NCBI GenBank assembly: GCA_044869275.1
Contig: JBIOXB010000063.1
Coordinates: 1-64,000, forward strand
Source of the DNA: a bacterium
Lineage (GTDB): Bacteria; Zhuqueibacterota; Zhuqueibacteria; Zhuqueibacterales; Zhuqueibacteraceae
Direction of reading: 5' to 3'
Length of the DNA stretch: 64,000 bases
Part shown: positions 19,704 to 29,125 of the stretch, piece by piece
Numbering within the stretch: the stretch's first letter is position 1
How the letters are laid out: every line of letters begins with the position of its first letter
Made by a program: the position numbers and the translations under genes
Notes under the pieces: model-generated
What the model was told of the DNA's origin: nothing
The model's input: only the letters and a program-made list of their open reading frames with translations
Databases searched by the model: none

Positions 19704-20720
19704 ATGCCCCGCGTTAAAAAGAAGAAAAAACACCCTCATTCACGGCACCCGCGCGCAACGACGGAAAAGGCCCGGTCGTCATTTCCAACCAGGATCTGGT
19801 TGATGGTCGGCCTCGGTGTGCTTGCGGCTGTGGCCATTTTGTTACTGTGGAAAAATTGGTCCGCAACAAAATTTGCCATACCCTCTTTCAATGGTGAAAA
19901 CGCTTTTGCCCTTTTGCAAAAGCAATGCGATTACGGCCCGCGCGTACCGGGCACGGCCGCCCATGACAGTTGCCGCGTTTTCTTAGTGAACGAGCTGAGC
20001 AAATATGCCGACAACGCCGTTGAGCAAAGCTTCGAGCATCAATTCGAGCGCTATCCGCAGCCGGTGAAATTGACCAATATCGTCGCCGGTTTTCAACTGC
20101 AGGCACCTCGCCGTGTGCTGCTGTGCGCGCATTGGGATTCGCGGCCCTGGGCAGATCAAGAAAACGATTCTTCCAAACATGACGACCCCGTTCTGGGCGC
20201 GAACGACGGCGCCTCGGGCGTGGCGGTGCTGCTGGAGATCGCACGCGCATTGAAAGCCTCGCCGCCGCCCGTCGGCGTTGATCTGGTTTTATTCGACGGC
20301 GAAGACAGCGGCACAAGCGGCGTACCGCGCTCGTTCGCCATCGGCTCACAACATTTTGCCCGCACGCAGGGCGCCCAATATCGGCCGCTGTTCGGCATTC
20401 TATTGGACATGGTCGGCGACCGCGATTTGCAGATTTATCAAGAAGCCAATTCCGCGCGCTATGCGCGCGGCCTCGTTGACCGCGTCTGGCAGCTCGCACG
20501 CGAGCAGCAGGTGCAAGAGCTCATTCCCACCGTGCGCCATGAAGTCTTCGACGATCACTATCCGCTGATCGAAGCCGGCATCCCGGTGATCGATCTCATC
20601 GATTTCGATTATCCGCATTGGCACACGCTCAACGACCTCCCGGAACAATGCAGTCCCGCCAGTTTGGAAAAAGTCGGAAAAGTCGTGCTTGCCGCGATTT
20701 ATGATCACCGCGCCTGGTGA
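19704..20720 (+). CDS. M28 family peptidase / glutaminyl cyclase-like
   Basis: AHWDSRP, GANDGASGVA, FDGED, LLDMVG, DDH and HWHT motifs; N-terminal TM anchor. Confidence 0.9.
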   Translation: MPRVKKKKKHPHSRHPRATTEKARSSFPTRIWLMVGLGVLAAVAILLLWKNWSATKFAIPSFNGENAFALLQKQCDYGPRVPGTAAHDSCRVFLVNELSKYADNAVEQSFEHQFERYPQPVKLTNIVAGFQLQAPRRVLLCAHWDSRPWADQENDSSKHDDPVLGANDGASGVAVLLEIARALKASPPPVGVDLVLFDGEDSGTSGVPRSFAIGSQHFARTQGAQYRPLFGILLDMVGDRDLQIYQEANSARYARGLVDRVWQLAREQQVQELIPTVRHEVFDDHYPLIEAGIPVIDLIDFDYPHWHTLNDLPEQCSPASLEKVGKVVLAAIYDHRAW

Positions 20721-20815
20721 AGCCTTTCCTGCAAAGCATTCACGAAAAATCGTTTGAATCCCGCCGCGGAAGATGCTAAATTGCCGCGCATGAGAATGAT
20801 CCCGGAACCAAGGTT

Positions 20816-21493
20816 GTGAAGCCCTTCACAAAGATATTGGTGTTGGGCGCATGCTGGGCGACCGCGGCCGCGGCCCAAGGCCTATCCTTGGAAATCGACT
20901 CTTTGCGCGTGGAGGCTGGCTATTTGCGCGCCGATTTTCACGCCGACAGCCTGCTGACCATGCGCCTGCTTGCAAATATGCGCCGGGGAGTCACCTCCTC
21001 CGTGCGTTTTCGCGTACAACTTTGGCGCAAGCGTTCCTGGCTGTTCAGCGGCGTCGTGTCGGAGCGCGCTTTTGAAATCAAAACGACGTTCGACGTGTGG
21101 GAGCAGCAATTTCTCCTGCAAACGCCGGACGAAAGGCGGCTGACCAAGTCGCTGGAATATGTCAAAGAGCGCTGGGAAAAACACCACGGCTTGCCGCTGG
21201 CCGATTCCACGCGCTGGCAAGGCAAACATCAATATTATATAGTGGTGGAGGCCAGCCTCGAGCCGGTATCGCGCGAATCGTTGCAAGAAATTCGCGGCTG
21301 GCTCTCGGGAGAAATGAAATCGATCACACAACGCGATTCGGCGAACGCTGCACCGCCGGAAAACAAGCGCGGCTTGCAGGACCGCGTTTTGGACACCGTG
21401 CTCGATTTCACCGGTTTGGGAGAACAGACGGCCTCGATCAAATCTGCCTTCTTTCGCATACGCGCAGATGGCGTCATCGTGTTCGAGAAATAG
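20816..21493 (+). CDS. Exported DUF4390-like protein
   Basis: Signal peptide; RRGVTSSVRFRVQLWR and FDVWEQQF pattern. Confidence 0.65.
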   Translation: MKPFTKILVLGACWATAAAAQGLSLEIDSLRVEAGYLRADFHADSLLTMRLLANMRRGVTSSVRFRVQLWRKRSWLFSGVVSERAFEIKTTFDVWEQQFLLQTPDERRLTKSLEYVKERWEKHHGLPLADSTRWQGKHQYYIVVEASLEPVSRESLQEIRGWLSGEMKSITQRDSANAAPPENKRGLQDRVLDTVLDFTGLGEQTASIKSAFFRIRADGVIVFEK

Positions 21494-21631
21494 CTTCCAT
21501 GCTTATGTTCTTGAGCACGGCCCCTGGTCGAGGAGCTCGCGCTTGCGTCACGAGATTCCTTCTGCATGCCATGAGCACTCGTGCGTGCAAGCAACGCGGA
21601 TGCCGTATTCAGCCTATTATCGAGGGAAATC

Positions 21632-22567
21632 ATGCTGCCAGCCTCCAAGCGCCTCGCCAGTTTCGATCTCGGAACCAATACCTTTCTCCTGTTGATCGCA
21701 GAGCTGCAGAACCATGGCCTCACGCCCATATTCGAAAAGGAAACCGTCGTGCGTCTGGGCAAGGGTGTCGATGCCGCCGGCAATCTCAACCCTGAGGCCA
21801 TGCAGCGCGGTCTCGCCTGCTTGCGCGCATACGCCGATGATGCCCGCCGGCACGGTTGCGAGAAGATTCTGGCCGTCGGAACCAGCGCGTTGCGCGACGC
21901 CGCCAATCGCGACGTTTTTCTCGGGCGAGTGAAGGAAGAGACAGGCGTGGAAGTCCGCCTCATTTCGGGTGCGGAAGAGGCGCGCTTGACTTTTCTCGGA
22001 GCACTTTCGAACAAAAAGAATTTGCCCGAGCCTATGGCGATCATCGACATCGGAGGCGGCAGCACGGAAGTGGTGCGGGGAACGCGGCAAGACATTCTCC
22101 AAGCGCGCAGCGCAGATATAGGCTCGGTGCGCCTGACGGAACGCTGGTTGAAACATGATCCGGTTTTGCCGGAAGAAATGGCGGCACTGCGGGTGCAAGC
22201 GGAACAAATCATGCGCAGCACCTGGCCGCGCGAAGAAATTCGCGAGACCGCGAGCCTGATCGGGACGGCAGGCACCATCACCACGCTTGCGGCCATGGCA
22301 CAAAAACTCGCGCGCTACGATCCCGAGCGCATCGACGGCTACTTGATGACCGCGCAGCAGCTCGACGATCTCATTGTGCTGTTGGCGCGTCTTTCCCTCC
22401 CCGAACGCCAGAAACTTCCCGGCCTCAATCCCGCTCGCGCCGATGTCATTCTTGCCGGCGCTCTGATCTTGGAGGTCTTCATGAAGGATTATGGCTTTTC
22501 GCAATTGCTCGTCAGCGATCGTGGGCTGCGATATGGCGTGTTGCTGGAGCAAGCATCAAACGACTGA
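21632..22567 (+). CDS. Ppx/GppA exopolyphosphatase family
   Basis: DLGTNT, GTSALRDA, ISGAEEA, DIGGGSTE, RADVI and GLRYG motifs. Confidence 0.92.
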   Translation: MLPASKRLASFDLGTNTFLLLIAELQNHGLTPIFEKETVVRLGKGVDAAGNLNPEAMQRGLACLRAYADDARRHGCEKILAVGTSALRDAANRDVFLGRVKEETGVEVRLISGAEEARLTFLGALSNKKNLPEPMAIIDIGGGSTEVVRGTRQDILQARSADIGSVRLTERWLKHDPVLPEEMAALRVQAEQIMRSTWPREEIRETASLIGTAGTITTLAAMAQKLARYDPERIDGYLMTAQQLDDLIVLLARLSLPERQKLPGLNPARADVILAGALILEVFMKDYGFSQLLVSDRGLRYGVLLEQASND

Positions 22568-22611
22568 AGTTACCACACCACTGCGGGTACAGCCATCAAG
22601 GTGACAGAGTA

Positions 22612-23262
22612 CTAGCGGTCACGACGCTGGAAGAGCTGCACCACCCATAATATGGTGTGGCGCTCAAAAGTCTTCTCAAAACCCTGCTGTTCGATGGCCG
22701 CCTGCACCTGGTGGGGAGAATGATAATAAGGGTGGAAAGAGTTGCGCAGCAATTTGAATACAGCAATGCCGGCATGGAAAACAAAACGTGCCAAAAAACT
22801 CGGGCGGGGATAGCTGACGGCATAAAGCCTCTTGGTTTTCGCGGCCGAACGCGCCACCAGTTCTTCGAAGTCATCGTAACAGCAAATCACTTTGTCGAGA
22901 ATGGCTACGTCAGCGGTGGAGGCCTGATCACACAGGGCGACGAAATCGCCCTGCCAGTATTGCGTGCGCGTGTTCAACCCCATGTCAGTGGATAATTGCT
23001 GCGCGGTTCGAATCATGTTTTCGGAGATATCGAACCCGGCGGCGCTGTCCGCGCCGTCCTGCAACAGTCTCAAATGCAACCCGCCCACACCGCAGCCGAT
23101 TTCCAGAATGCTGGCGTGCTGCAGCAACCCACTGCGTTGAATGCCCTCCCTCAAATACTTCTGCTCCGGACGCAAGCCCTTCTTGCGGAAGTATTTTTCC
23201 GACTTTCGTGCTTGTGTGTTGAAGAATTGATTGGTGCCATTCGTGGCGCAACAAGAAGACAT
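22612..23262 (-). CDS. Class I SAM-dependent methyltransferase
   Basis: ILEIGCGVG, FDISENMI, GDFV, DKVICCY. Confidence 0.85.
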   Translation of the reverse strand: MSSCCATNGTNQFFNTQARKSEKYFRKKGLRPEQKYLREGIQRSGLLQHASILEIGCGVGGLHLRLLQDGADSAAGFDISENMIRTAQQLSTDMGLNTRTQYWQGDFVALCDQASTADVAILDKVICCYDDFEELVARSAAKTKRLYAVSYPRPSFLARFVFHAGIAVFKLLRNSFHPYYHSPHQVQAAIEQQGFEKTFERHTILWVVQLFQRRDR

Positions 23263-23345
23263 GGTATTCTTTCCATCTTATGCAGCGTTTTAAGGAAGAG
23301 CAGCAATGGACTGTATTTCGTGAAGATTGTCGCTCGCACGGCAGC

Positions 23346-24245
23346 TCAATTTCCGGCTTTTTCAATCTTCACCCGCCATTGCGGCCCGGACGCGATTTGA
23401 TGCTTCGCGGCAAAACTGTCCTGGTTGATCGCCAATCCAACATTGAGCAGGCTATTTAAATAAAGCAGCGGCTTGCCGATCGCCACTTCTCCAAACGTGT
23501 GCACATAAGGCATTTGCCCTTGCCAAACCGTTTTTCCCTCATGTTGAATTTCCACACTGACGAATTCATTCAACTTCACCTCCAATTTTTCAAAAATCTG
23601 CTCAGGAATATTTGTCCAAATGTTGCCGTATTGCACGTCCAAAATGGGAATGGTGCCCCATACCGCTTTGCCCTGAAAGCGCGGCTTTTCATAGGATATC
23701 ATGACCACTTCTGGCGGCAGCGGCGGACCGACTTGTTCGAATGAAATCACGCCGGCGGCCAGGCGCGCGCCGGTGTAGGCATAAACATCCCGTCCATGAA
23801 AAGTGTAGGATTTTTCCGAACCCGCGAGCCGGTTGACCTTCTCATCGATTTGCCGCGCCTCGGCAATCCCCAGGTCTTCTGCGATCAAAGTCAAAGTGCC
23901 GTTATCTGGAGAAACGAAATAATGGCCAGTTTTGGTTTTGACCACAACCGATTTGCGCGTGGTGCCGACGCCGGGATCAACCACGGAGACGAACACGGTG
24001 CCGGCAGGCCAGTAGGGCGCGGTTTGTTTGAGCTGATATGCCGCCTCCCAAATGTTGTAGCTCGGGAGGTCGTGCGTCAGATCGAAGATTTTGAGGTTGT
24101 GATCGACGCCAAACGCCACGCCTTTCATGCATGCGACCGCGCCGTCTTTCAAGCCGAAGTCGGACTGCAAGACAAGCGCCGATTGTGAACGCGCCGGCAT
24201 GGCCCAAACCCAAACCATTAGCAGAAACAACCTGAGCGTGCTCAT
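23346..24245 (-). CDS. DUF62 SAM hydroxide adenosyltransferase (SAM hydrolase)
   Basis: QSDFGLKD, VVDPGVGTTR, PDNG, TFHGRD and YGNIWTN motifs; signal-peptide-like N-terminus. Confidence 0.88.
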   Translation of the reverse strand: MSTLRLFLLMVWVWAMPARSQSALVLQSDFGLKDGAVACMKGVAFGVDHNLKIFDLTHDLPSYNIWEAAYQLKQTAPYWPAGTVFVSVVDPGVGTTRKSVVVKTKTGHYFVSPDNGTLTLIAEDLGIAEARQIDEKVNRLAGSEKSYTFHGRDVYAYTGARLAAGVISFEQVGPPLPPEVVMISYEKPRFQGKAVWGTIPILDVQYGNIWTNIPEQIFEKLEVKLNEFVSVEIQHEGKTVWQGQMPYVHTFGEVAIGKPLLYLNSLLNVGLAINQDSFAAKHQIASGPQWRVKIEKAGN

Positions 24246-24296
24246 CTTCTTTCTCTTCCTCGAATATTCTTCATTCCAAGCGCGGGCCATTTTACG

Positions 24297-25268
24297 CTAC
24301 AGCAGCCCCTGGTAAGCCACGAATACACTTTCGGCAGCGGCATTGCCGCCGCAAATCACCGCCACCGGGCATTTGCAGTTTTGCACCAGATTCTCGTATT
24401 GCATCAAAGCCGCGATCACCGCTGCTCCCGCGGGTTCAACGAGCTGATTACATTCCTGCCACAGCCAGCGCATGGCGGCGATGATCATGTGGTCCTCGAC
24501 CAGGACAATGTCATCGACGTAGCGTTGTGCGAGTCTCAACGTGCGGGCGCTCACGCTGCGCGGTGCGAGCGTGTCGGCAATGGTGCGGGTTTCGTGCAGC
24601 GCCGTCACTTTGCCCGCTTTCATGCTGGACAGCATCGATGCCGCTCCGGCGGGTTCAACGCCAATGACGCGGACTGAGGGCTTGCTCTGCTTCAATGCCG
24701 AGGCTACACCGCAGATCAATCCGCCTCCACCAATGCCGATTAAGACACTATCGATTTGCGGAACGTCTGCCAGCAGTTCCAGACCAAGCGTGCCCTGTCC
24801 AGCGATGGTAGCTTCTGCATCAAAAGCATGAACATAATGCCTGCCGGATTCTTCCGCATGCACGAGCGCCTGGACATTGGCGTCATCCCAATTGAGGCCA
24901 TATTTGAAAATCTCCGCGCCCCATTTTGCAATGCGGGCGCGGCGGTCTTCCGAAGCGCGCGCCGGCAAATAAACGATCGCTGGCGTCTTCAAACAATGCG
25001 CGACATAGGCCAGTGCCAGGCCGTGATTCCCGCCAGAAGCCGTGATCACGCCACGGACGCGTTGCTCCGGCGTGAGCTGCAGCATGGTGTTGAACACACC
25101 CCGGGCTTTGAACGAGCCGCCCACTTGCAGATTCTCCAACTTGAGCTGCACGTGCGGAAAGCCGCTGTTGCTGAGGCGTGGCAGCGGCAGCAGCGGTGTG
25201 TGCCGGACATACGAAGCAATGCGCTGCCGCGCCGCGATAATTTTTTCCAACGAAATCTCGAACTCCAC
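24297..25268 (-). CDS. PLP-dependent threonine/serine dehydratase family
   Basis: LKLENLQVGGSFKARG, SGGNHG, GQGTLG, GGGGL, EPAGA and CGGN. Confidence 0.9.
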   Translation of the reverse strand: MEFEISLEKIIAARQRIASYVRHTPLLPLPRLSNSGFPHVQLKLENLQVGGSFKARGVFNTMLQLTPEQRVRGVITASGGNHGLALAYVAHCLKTPAIVYLPARASEDRRARIAKWGAEIFKYGLNWDDANVQALVHAEESGRHYVHAFDAEATIAGQGTLGLELLADVPQIDSVLIGIGGGGLICGVASALKQSKPSVRVIGVEPAGAASMLSSMKAGKVTALHETRTIADTLAPRSVSARTLRLAQRYVDDIVLVEDHMIIAAMRWLWQECNQLVEPAGAAVIAALMQYENLVQNCKCPVAVICGGNAAAESVFVAYQGLL

Positions 25269-25468
25269 TTTCGCTCTCCTGGTTTTTGGGCCGGGAAATA
25301 GTAGGCAAAATCACCGCAGCGAGCAATAAGAATTTCTTCGAGGGGTGGATCGAAACATGCAGGGGGAAATCTCGGAGGCGGCAGGTTGAAATCGCAGGAG
25401 GGTATTATTTTGGGTGCAGGCTCAAATTTGACATTGCTTCTGCACGCTCAAATTCCTATCATAGAAAA

Positions 25469-25554
25469 ATCATCACCCCGAGCGAGGAGGGAGGAGATGC
25501 TCATGTACGTCATCTGTTTGAAAACTCATGTTTCTAAAAACTCGGGGTGACGAT
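25469..25554. repeat. Inverted-repeat (REP-like) hairpin
   Basis: ATCATCACCCCGAG / CTCGGGGTGACGAT arms, 13 of 14 complementary. Confidence 0.6.
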
Positions 25555-25589
25555 CATATTTTTAAAGATGCGGAGGCTCGCTTTTCCGA

Positions 25590-25706
25590 CTACTGCGAAA
25601 GCCGGCGCATGCGATACTTGGGGTAACGCGCCTTGACGCGCACTGCAGAGACACCATAAACCACGGTCAACAGCGTAATGGCCGTGAGAAAGAGTGCGAA
25701 AGCCAT
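25590..25706 (-). CDS. 38-aa small membrane peptide (below the ORF-track cutoff)
   Basis: AAGGAG RBS 6 nt before ATG; MAFALFLTAITLLTVVYGVSAVRVKARYPKYRMRRLSQ is a hydrophobic helix with a basic tail. Confidence 0.6.
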   Translation of the reverse strand: MAFALFLTAITLLTVVYGVSAVRVKARYPKYRMRRLSQ

Positions 25707-25848
25707 GCCATGCTCCTTTCCGCAAGAAACCAGCTTCCTTATCGCTGTGATGTTGGCGACCTACAGCTTAGACGCTCGACCCTGAAAAAAAGTTTCGTCT
25801 GTGCCACTCCATTTGTAAGATTTCTCCGTCGAACGAAATGAGGCAATT

Positions 25849-26625
25849 ATGGATCTGGGATTGCAGCAGAAAGTTGTGATTGTGACCGGCGGCAGTCGCG
25901 GCCTCGGCAAAGGCATTGCCATGGGTTTGGCAAAGGAAGGCTGCCGCTTGGCGATGTGCGCGCGTGAGCAAAAACCCCTGGAAGCCGCGGCGCAGGAGAT
26001 TCGAGATCAGGGTGTGGAAGTCTTGGCTTTGCCGCTCGATCTTACGCAGAAAGAAAGTGCGCAAGTACTGGTCGATGAAACTTGCCGGCGCTTCGGCCGC
26101 ATCGACGTCCTGGTCAATAATATCGGCGGCAATCGTCGCGGCCCGTTCGAGAGCCGTGCGGACGAAGAATGGGAGGAAATCCTCGACCTCAATCTCAAGG
26201 TCCACATTCGCGCCAGCCGCGCGGTGATTCCACACATGCGCCAGCATGGCGGCGGCGCCATCATATTCATTTCATCTGTCTTTGGAAGAGAATCCGGCGG
26301 TGAGGGATTATCGCTTTACAACACGACAAAATCGGGTGTGATTAGCCTTGCCAAAATCATGGCCGTGGAACTGGCGAAATACAACATCCGCGTCAACAGC
26401 GTGGCTCCCGGCTCGATTCGTTTTCCCGGCGGCAGTTGGGACAAGCGCGTGCAGCAAGATCCGCACGGCATGGCCGAGTTCGTCAAAAGGGAAATTCCCA
26501 TGGGCCGGTTTGGCACGGTCGAAGAAGTGGCGAATGTCGTGGGATTCCTGGCGTCAGAACGCGCGAGTTGGGTGAGCGGAGCGTGTATCAACGTGGATGG
26601 GTGCCAGTCGCGATCATTGATTTAA
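25849..26625 (+). CDS. SDR family oxidoreductase (FabG-like)
   Basis: TGGSRGLG, LVNNIG, YNTTK (YxxxK) and VNSVAPG. Confidence 0.92.
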   Translation: MDLGLQQKVVIVTGGSRGLGKGIAMGLAKEGCRLAMCAREQKPLEAAAQEIRDQGVEVLALPLDLTQKESAQVLVDETCRRFGRIDVLVNNIGGNRRGPFESRADEEWEEILDLNLKVHIRASRAVIPHMRQHGGGAIIFISSVFGRESGGEGLSLYNTTKSGVISLAKIMAVELAKYNIRVNSVAPGSIRFPGGSWDKRVQQDPHGMAEFVKREIPMGRFGTVEEVANVVGFLASERASWVSGACINVDGCQSRSLI

Positions 26626-26648
26626 TGCCGCGCGATCGAGCAGGGAGA

Positions 26649-26747
26649 CTGGATTCCTGGATTCCTGGATTATTGGAGTGTTGGAGTGGTAGAAAGGCAT
26701 TACTCCAATAATCCATAACTCCAATAATCCACCACTCCACCCATCCA
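26649..26747. repeat. Inverted short tandem repeats between convergent genes (possible bidirectional terminator)
   Basis: GGATTATTGGAGT (26667-26679) is complementary to ACTCCAATAATCC (26702-26714 and 26718-26730); CTGGATTC units. Confidence 0.7.
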
Positions 26748-26767
26748 TGCGTTAAACTTCTCAATTC

Positions 26768-27877
26768 TCAATTAAACTTCGTGAAAGTCACTTCCAAATG
26801 CCTGGCCTGCCCCGTCGCGTGCTCCCATTGCACCAAAATCGGGCTTTGATACGTGCCGTGCACGATGCGGCTTTTGCCGTCGCTGGGGCTTTCGGAGACC
26901 AGCAGGCTCACGTGGCGTTTCATGCGCAAAAAGCGCGAGGCGGGCACGCGAATGAACGTCGAAAGAATCTTTTCCACCACCGACTCGCTCACGCCGAAAG
27001 CATCCATCACTTCATTGAACAGGTGCACCAGATCGTATTTGGCATAATCCATGGTTTTGCTCGGGATCGCTTTGGGATCGAGCAGCATGTGTTTGCCTTG
27101 CATGGCGACGAATTTCAAAGGATTGCGTAAGACCTCGGCAAGGTCGTGCCGCATCAACAAAGTCTCATATTCATTCACCGTCAATCCCGCATGCCGCTCG
27201 CTGGGCGGAAGCGCCAAATCAATCCGGCCTTTTTCCATGCCGAACTTGTGCGCCAACTCTTCGAGCTGCTCGAAAAAGCCGTAGCGCGGATCTTTGAGAT
27301 TGATGGAATCGATCGGATGCTTGGAAACCGGGATCGCAATCTTGTCCCGATGCACGACGGCCTCATCGTTGTAAAAAAGCGCGCGCGTTTGCCGCGTGCG
27401 ATGCCCGGTTTCGTGAATCCCGTCCAGGTCGATGAAATAAACCGGTTTGCCCGGGCGGTTGACGTAGGTCACGCAATTCTTCAGGCCCGAACCAATGAAG
27501 GTCAGATGCGAATCGCCGTTTCTAGGCTCGCACTTGCGCTGCTCCTCGCTCAGCTCCATGCGATGCTCCATCTGATCATGGCGGTAGTCCGCTTCCGGCG
27601 GAAAGAGCTTTTGGAAGGCGCGTATGAAAGGCGTGACGTGATCGCGGCTGTGCCGCAAGCGTGCGCACAGGCTCTGCTCCAGATAGCCGGCCGTGGTGTG
27701 AAAAGAACAATACACCACTTTGCGATAATCCGCCAGTGCGTCGCCCAATTCCGCGGCGAGGCGATGTGCGACATCGATGATATCAAAACGTGCACGCGGC
27801 ACGAGCGCCAGGGTGATTTCCTTTGGATGCGCAACCATTCCAGCTCTCCGATTGCCAGGGATAGAGATTTCTTTCAT
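26768..27877 (-). CDS. Hypothetical protein, probably two YjbQ/UPF0047-like domains (start 27877 or 27838)
   Basis: FHTTAG, YRHD and NGDSHL in the N-half; HAGLTVNE...HDL and GTYQ in the C-half; upstream TTGACA-17-TAAGTT promoter. Confidence 0.65.
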   Translation of the reverse strand: MKEISIPGNRRAGMVAHPKEITLALVPRARFDIIDVAHRLAAELGDALADYRKVVYCSFHTTAGYLEQSLCARLRHSRDHVTPFIRAFQKLFPPEADYRHDQMEHRMELSEEQRKCEPRNGDSHLTFIGSGLKNCVTYVNRPGKPVYFIDLDGIHETGHRTRQTRALFYNDEAVVHRDKIAIPVSKHPIDSINLKDPRYGFFEQLEELAHKFGMEKGRIDLALPPSERHAGLTVNEYETLLMRHDLAEVLRNPLKFVAMQGKHMLLDPKAIPSKTMDYAKYDLVHLFNEVMDAFGVSESVVEKILSTFIRVPASRFLRMKRHVSLLVSESPSDGKSRIVHGTYQSPILVQWEHATGQARHLEVTFTKFN

Positions 27878-28245
27878 TTTCTCGATGTTGTTTCGTGCCC
27901 TCCAATCGGGCAAAACAAGGTAAACTTAGGATTTCTAAGCTGCAATGTCAAGTTCATCTTCGCCATATCGATGGAGAGATAACTTTCATACAAATCATTC
28001 ATGTAGATGAGATGGGCCGAAATTGCGGAAGGGAATTTCATGAACAATCCACGTAAACATGGAACCACCATTCAAACATAGCCGCCGCTTTCTTTTAGTG
28101 TGACCGATCTGCAAAAAATGCCTTCGTGACGAAGGCACACTTACCAACTTATATTGTCACATGAAATTTTCCAAACAGTTTTTGGTGGGAAATTCAAACT
28201 GCAAAATCATCCGGTTCGGGCTCAGAACTTGATGCTGGAGAAGTT

Positions 28246-28407
28246 ATGGAGAAACGGAAGGATTTGAAAACAATGGACTGGACCTTCACCATGGGTGAGA
28301 CCGTAATCAAGATCATGACCCGGCTGTTTGGGCTGATTCTCGCGGTAATGGCGGTGCAGTTCGTGATCAATGGGGTGAGGGATTCGTTTCCTGAAGTGTT
28401 TGCCTGA
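28246..28407 (+). pseudogene. MarC-family C-terminal fragment
   Basis: 53-aa ORF ending MGETVIKIMTRLFGLILAVMAVQFVINGVRDSF, matching the last MarC helix only. Confidence 0.7.
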
Positions 28408-28515
28408 ACTACTCTTACTGCTACTCTCACTCGTGCTCTTACTCCTACTCTTACTCGCTTCTCAAATAGCGGAAAAGCGAGTAAGAGTAGGAGCAAGAGT
28501 TAGAGCAGGAGCAAA
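28408..28515. repeat. Inverted hexamer tandem repeat hairpin
   Basis: ACTCTT/AAGAGT-type units; perfect 19-bp stem at 28442-28460 / 28475-28493. Confidence 0.75.
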
Positions 28516-28518
28516 GGA

Positions 28519-28989
28519 TTATTTTACCATTCCCGTTCTCACCGCAAGAATGAAATCCGTGTACGCCGGTGTGAAGCCCGCGTCACGCATGGCGGTCGCG
28601 ATCTGTCCGCGATGATAAGCGGCATGCAGGAACACATGCGTGAGAATATCGCCCACGGTGTTGTGCCATTCCTCGCCCTTCGTGTTTTTGTAAACCACGG
28701 TTTGTGCCAGCCGCGCTTCGGTCAAATCTTTCAAAAAAGCCTCCCACTTCGCGGTGAGCTCGGCAAAGTGTCTTTCACATTCCGCGAACGAAAACTCGGG
28801 CCAGACCGCGAGCGCCTGCTTTTCATTTTGTATGCGGTTGAGCCACAAGTACTCCGCCGCAATAATGTGCGCTAAAAATCTCAACGCCCGCGGCGGTGGT
28901 GCGGAGGCCTGTTTGAAAAAGGCCAGCACTTCGCGATTGGCCCACGCCTCGTAGGCGCCGAGTCGTTGAAAGTGTTGCAACATGTTCAT
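28519..28989 (-). CDS. DinB family protein
   Basis: YEAWAN, LAHIIAAEYLW and HAAYHRGQI. Confidence 0.9.
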   Translation of the reverse strand: MNMLQHFQRLGAYEAWANREVLAFFKQASAPPPRALRFLAHIIAAEYLWLNRIQNEKQALAVWPEFSFAECERHFAELTAKWEAFLKDLTEARLAQTVVYKNTKGEEWHNTVGDILTHVFLHAAYHRGQIATAMRDAGFTPAYTDFILAVRTGMVK

Positions 28990-29125
28990 GTGGGCATCCT
29001 CGGGGTAGGGGTAGGGCTTCGCCGCGCAGACTTGCAATATGCAAACGAGATGCGTGAGAGGCCGGCGCCACGAAGTCCTCACGATCTACGATCTACCATC
29101 TTCTATCTTCAAGCTTCAGACCGGC

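Noticed and set aside
23346..24245. Fluorinase or chlorinase
   Set aside because: Retains the DPGVG..R and TFHGRD residues of the hydrolase branch of DUF62.
26649..26747. Possible CRISPR array
   Set aside because: Units are too short, there are no unique spacers, and no cas genes are in the window.
28194..28615. Leu-rich and RV-repeat ORFs
   Set aside because: Translations of the hexamer repeat hairpin.
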